DNA of 64,000 nt from Phoronis australis (Eukaryota; Animalia; Phoronida). Positions 63,273 to 64,000 of this stretch are shown one piece after another. The translations under genes and the position numbers were made by a program. The notes beneath the pieces are model-generated. The model made no database searches. It worked only from the letters and a program-made list of their open reading frames with translations, and was not told the DNA's origin. How positions within the stretch are numbered: position 1 is the first letter of the stretch; every line of letters begins with the position of its first letter. The stretch is taken from NCBI GenBank assembly GCA_002633005.1, contig NMRA01000169.1:257203-321202 (forward strand), given 5' to 3'.

Positions 63273-63506
63273 CAGAGGGGGATCTACAGGGGGGTTCACG
63301 GGGTTTAAACCCCCCCTCGGGACAGGATCAGAAATAAAAACTGGAAAAAAATCGCCAGAAAAACGAAATTAGGTACTAAAAATCCCAAAAAATCTTACAC
63401 GGGAGGAGGGAAACACTCTCGCGACCTTCCTTCTCCTCGGCGCTACGCGCCTCGGATTCTTTCGAATCCTAAACCCCCCCTTACTGAAATCGTAGATCTG
63501 CCACTG
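63273..63506. mobile_element. MITE with CAG..CTG termini and 5-bp TSD (TAAAA)
   Basis: taaaa|cagagggggatctac..gtagatctgccactg|taaaa. Confidence 0.75.
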
Positions 63507-63736
63507 TAAAATCTCAACGGAAAACGCAAACACGCCCACGGCCCGACTCTCTCAGGGATGTGAAGAACCTGAGAGTAAAGGTCAACCCCTCATCTTCCGG
63601 TGTTACGCGATTGTCAAGGATCGTGTCTATATATACATAAGAAATTATAGTACGCGACAGATAAACAAATAATTTTTCTGCCTGGCTTTTTAGCTCATTG
63701 GTGTATCCAACCAGGCTACCAAGACAACAGATCTAC

Positions 63737-63761
63737 TTAGATAGACAGATAGATAGATAAA
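63737..63761 (+). repeat. (TAGA)n microsatellite, possibly the tail of a minus-strand non-LTR element
   Basis: tagatagacagatagatagataaa followed by actttactt. Confidence 0.55.
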
Positions 63762-64000
63762 ACTTTACTTAAAGTCGGGTCAAGGGTAAACAGTTGACAG
63801 TATTAGCGCAAGTACTATTTACCGACTATTAAAGAAACAAAAACGAGAGCTAATAAAACTATATACACTATGCCTATAAAATGAAGACCTAGCAGTGTTT
63901 TACATACTATGCACACTATGGTACGAGAAAAATAACAAAGTATTTTCAATATCATTGTGGGATGACGCAACTTGCGCATGCAGTACAAGCATTACGTTCA

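Overview
AT-rich eukaryotic (animal, probably marine invertebrate) genomic DNA; nearly all of the short six-frame ORFs are spurious or are exon-plus-intron read-throughs. Most of the window (1..55008, + strand) is a multi-exon coiled-coil gene that I identify as CCDC180 (CFAP76). I traced 29 coding exons by hand with consistent splice phases (4023 nt, about 1340 aa, 5'-truncated by the window edge); one intron appears to be GC-AG. Its 13.7-kb intron 10 hosts a nested antisense gene with an intronless CDS for an alpha-arrestin (arrestin-N + arrestin-C, 423 aa) that lacks PPxY motifs and ends in a PDZ-type -STHL. The introns contain many non-autonomous elements: several MITE families, tRNA-derived SINE heads, an RTE LINE tail, and a Helentron-associated (HINE/pearl-like) element whose internal array is a trimeric higher-order repeat with a CTCF-like motif about every 150 bp. 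A 1.2-kb duplication containing exon 23 flanks a single N and is most likely a haplotype assembly artefact. I found no rRNA, intact tRNA, CRISPR array or prokaryotic system. All identifications come from reading the sequence and recalled family knowledge; no database search was run.
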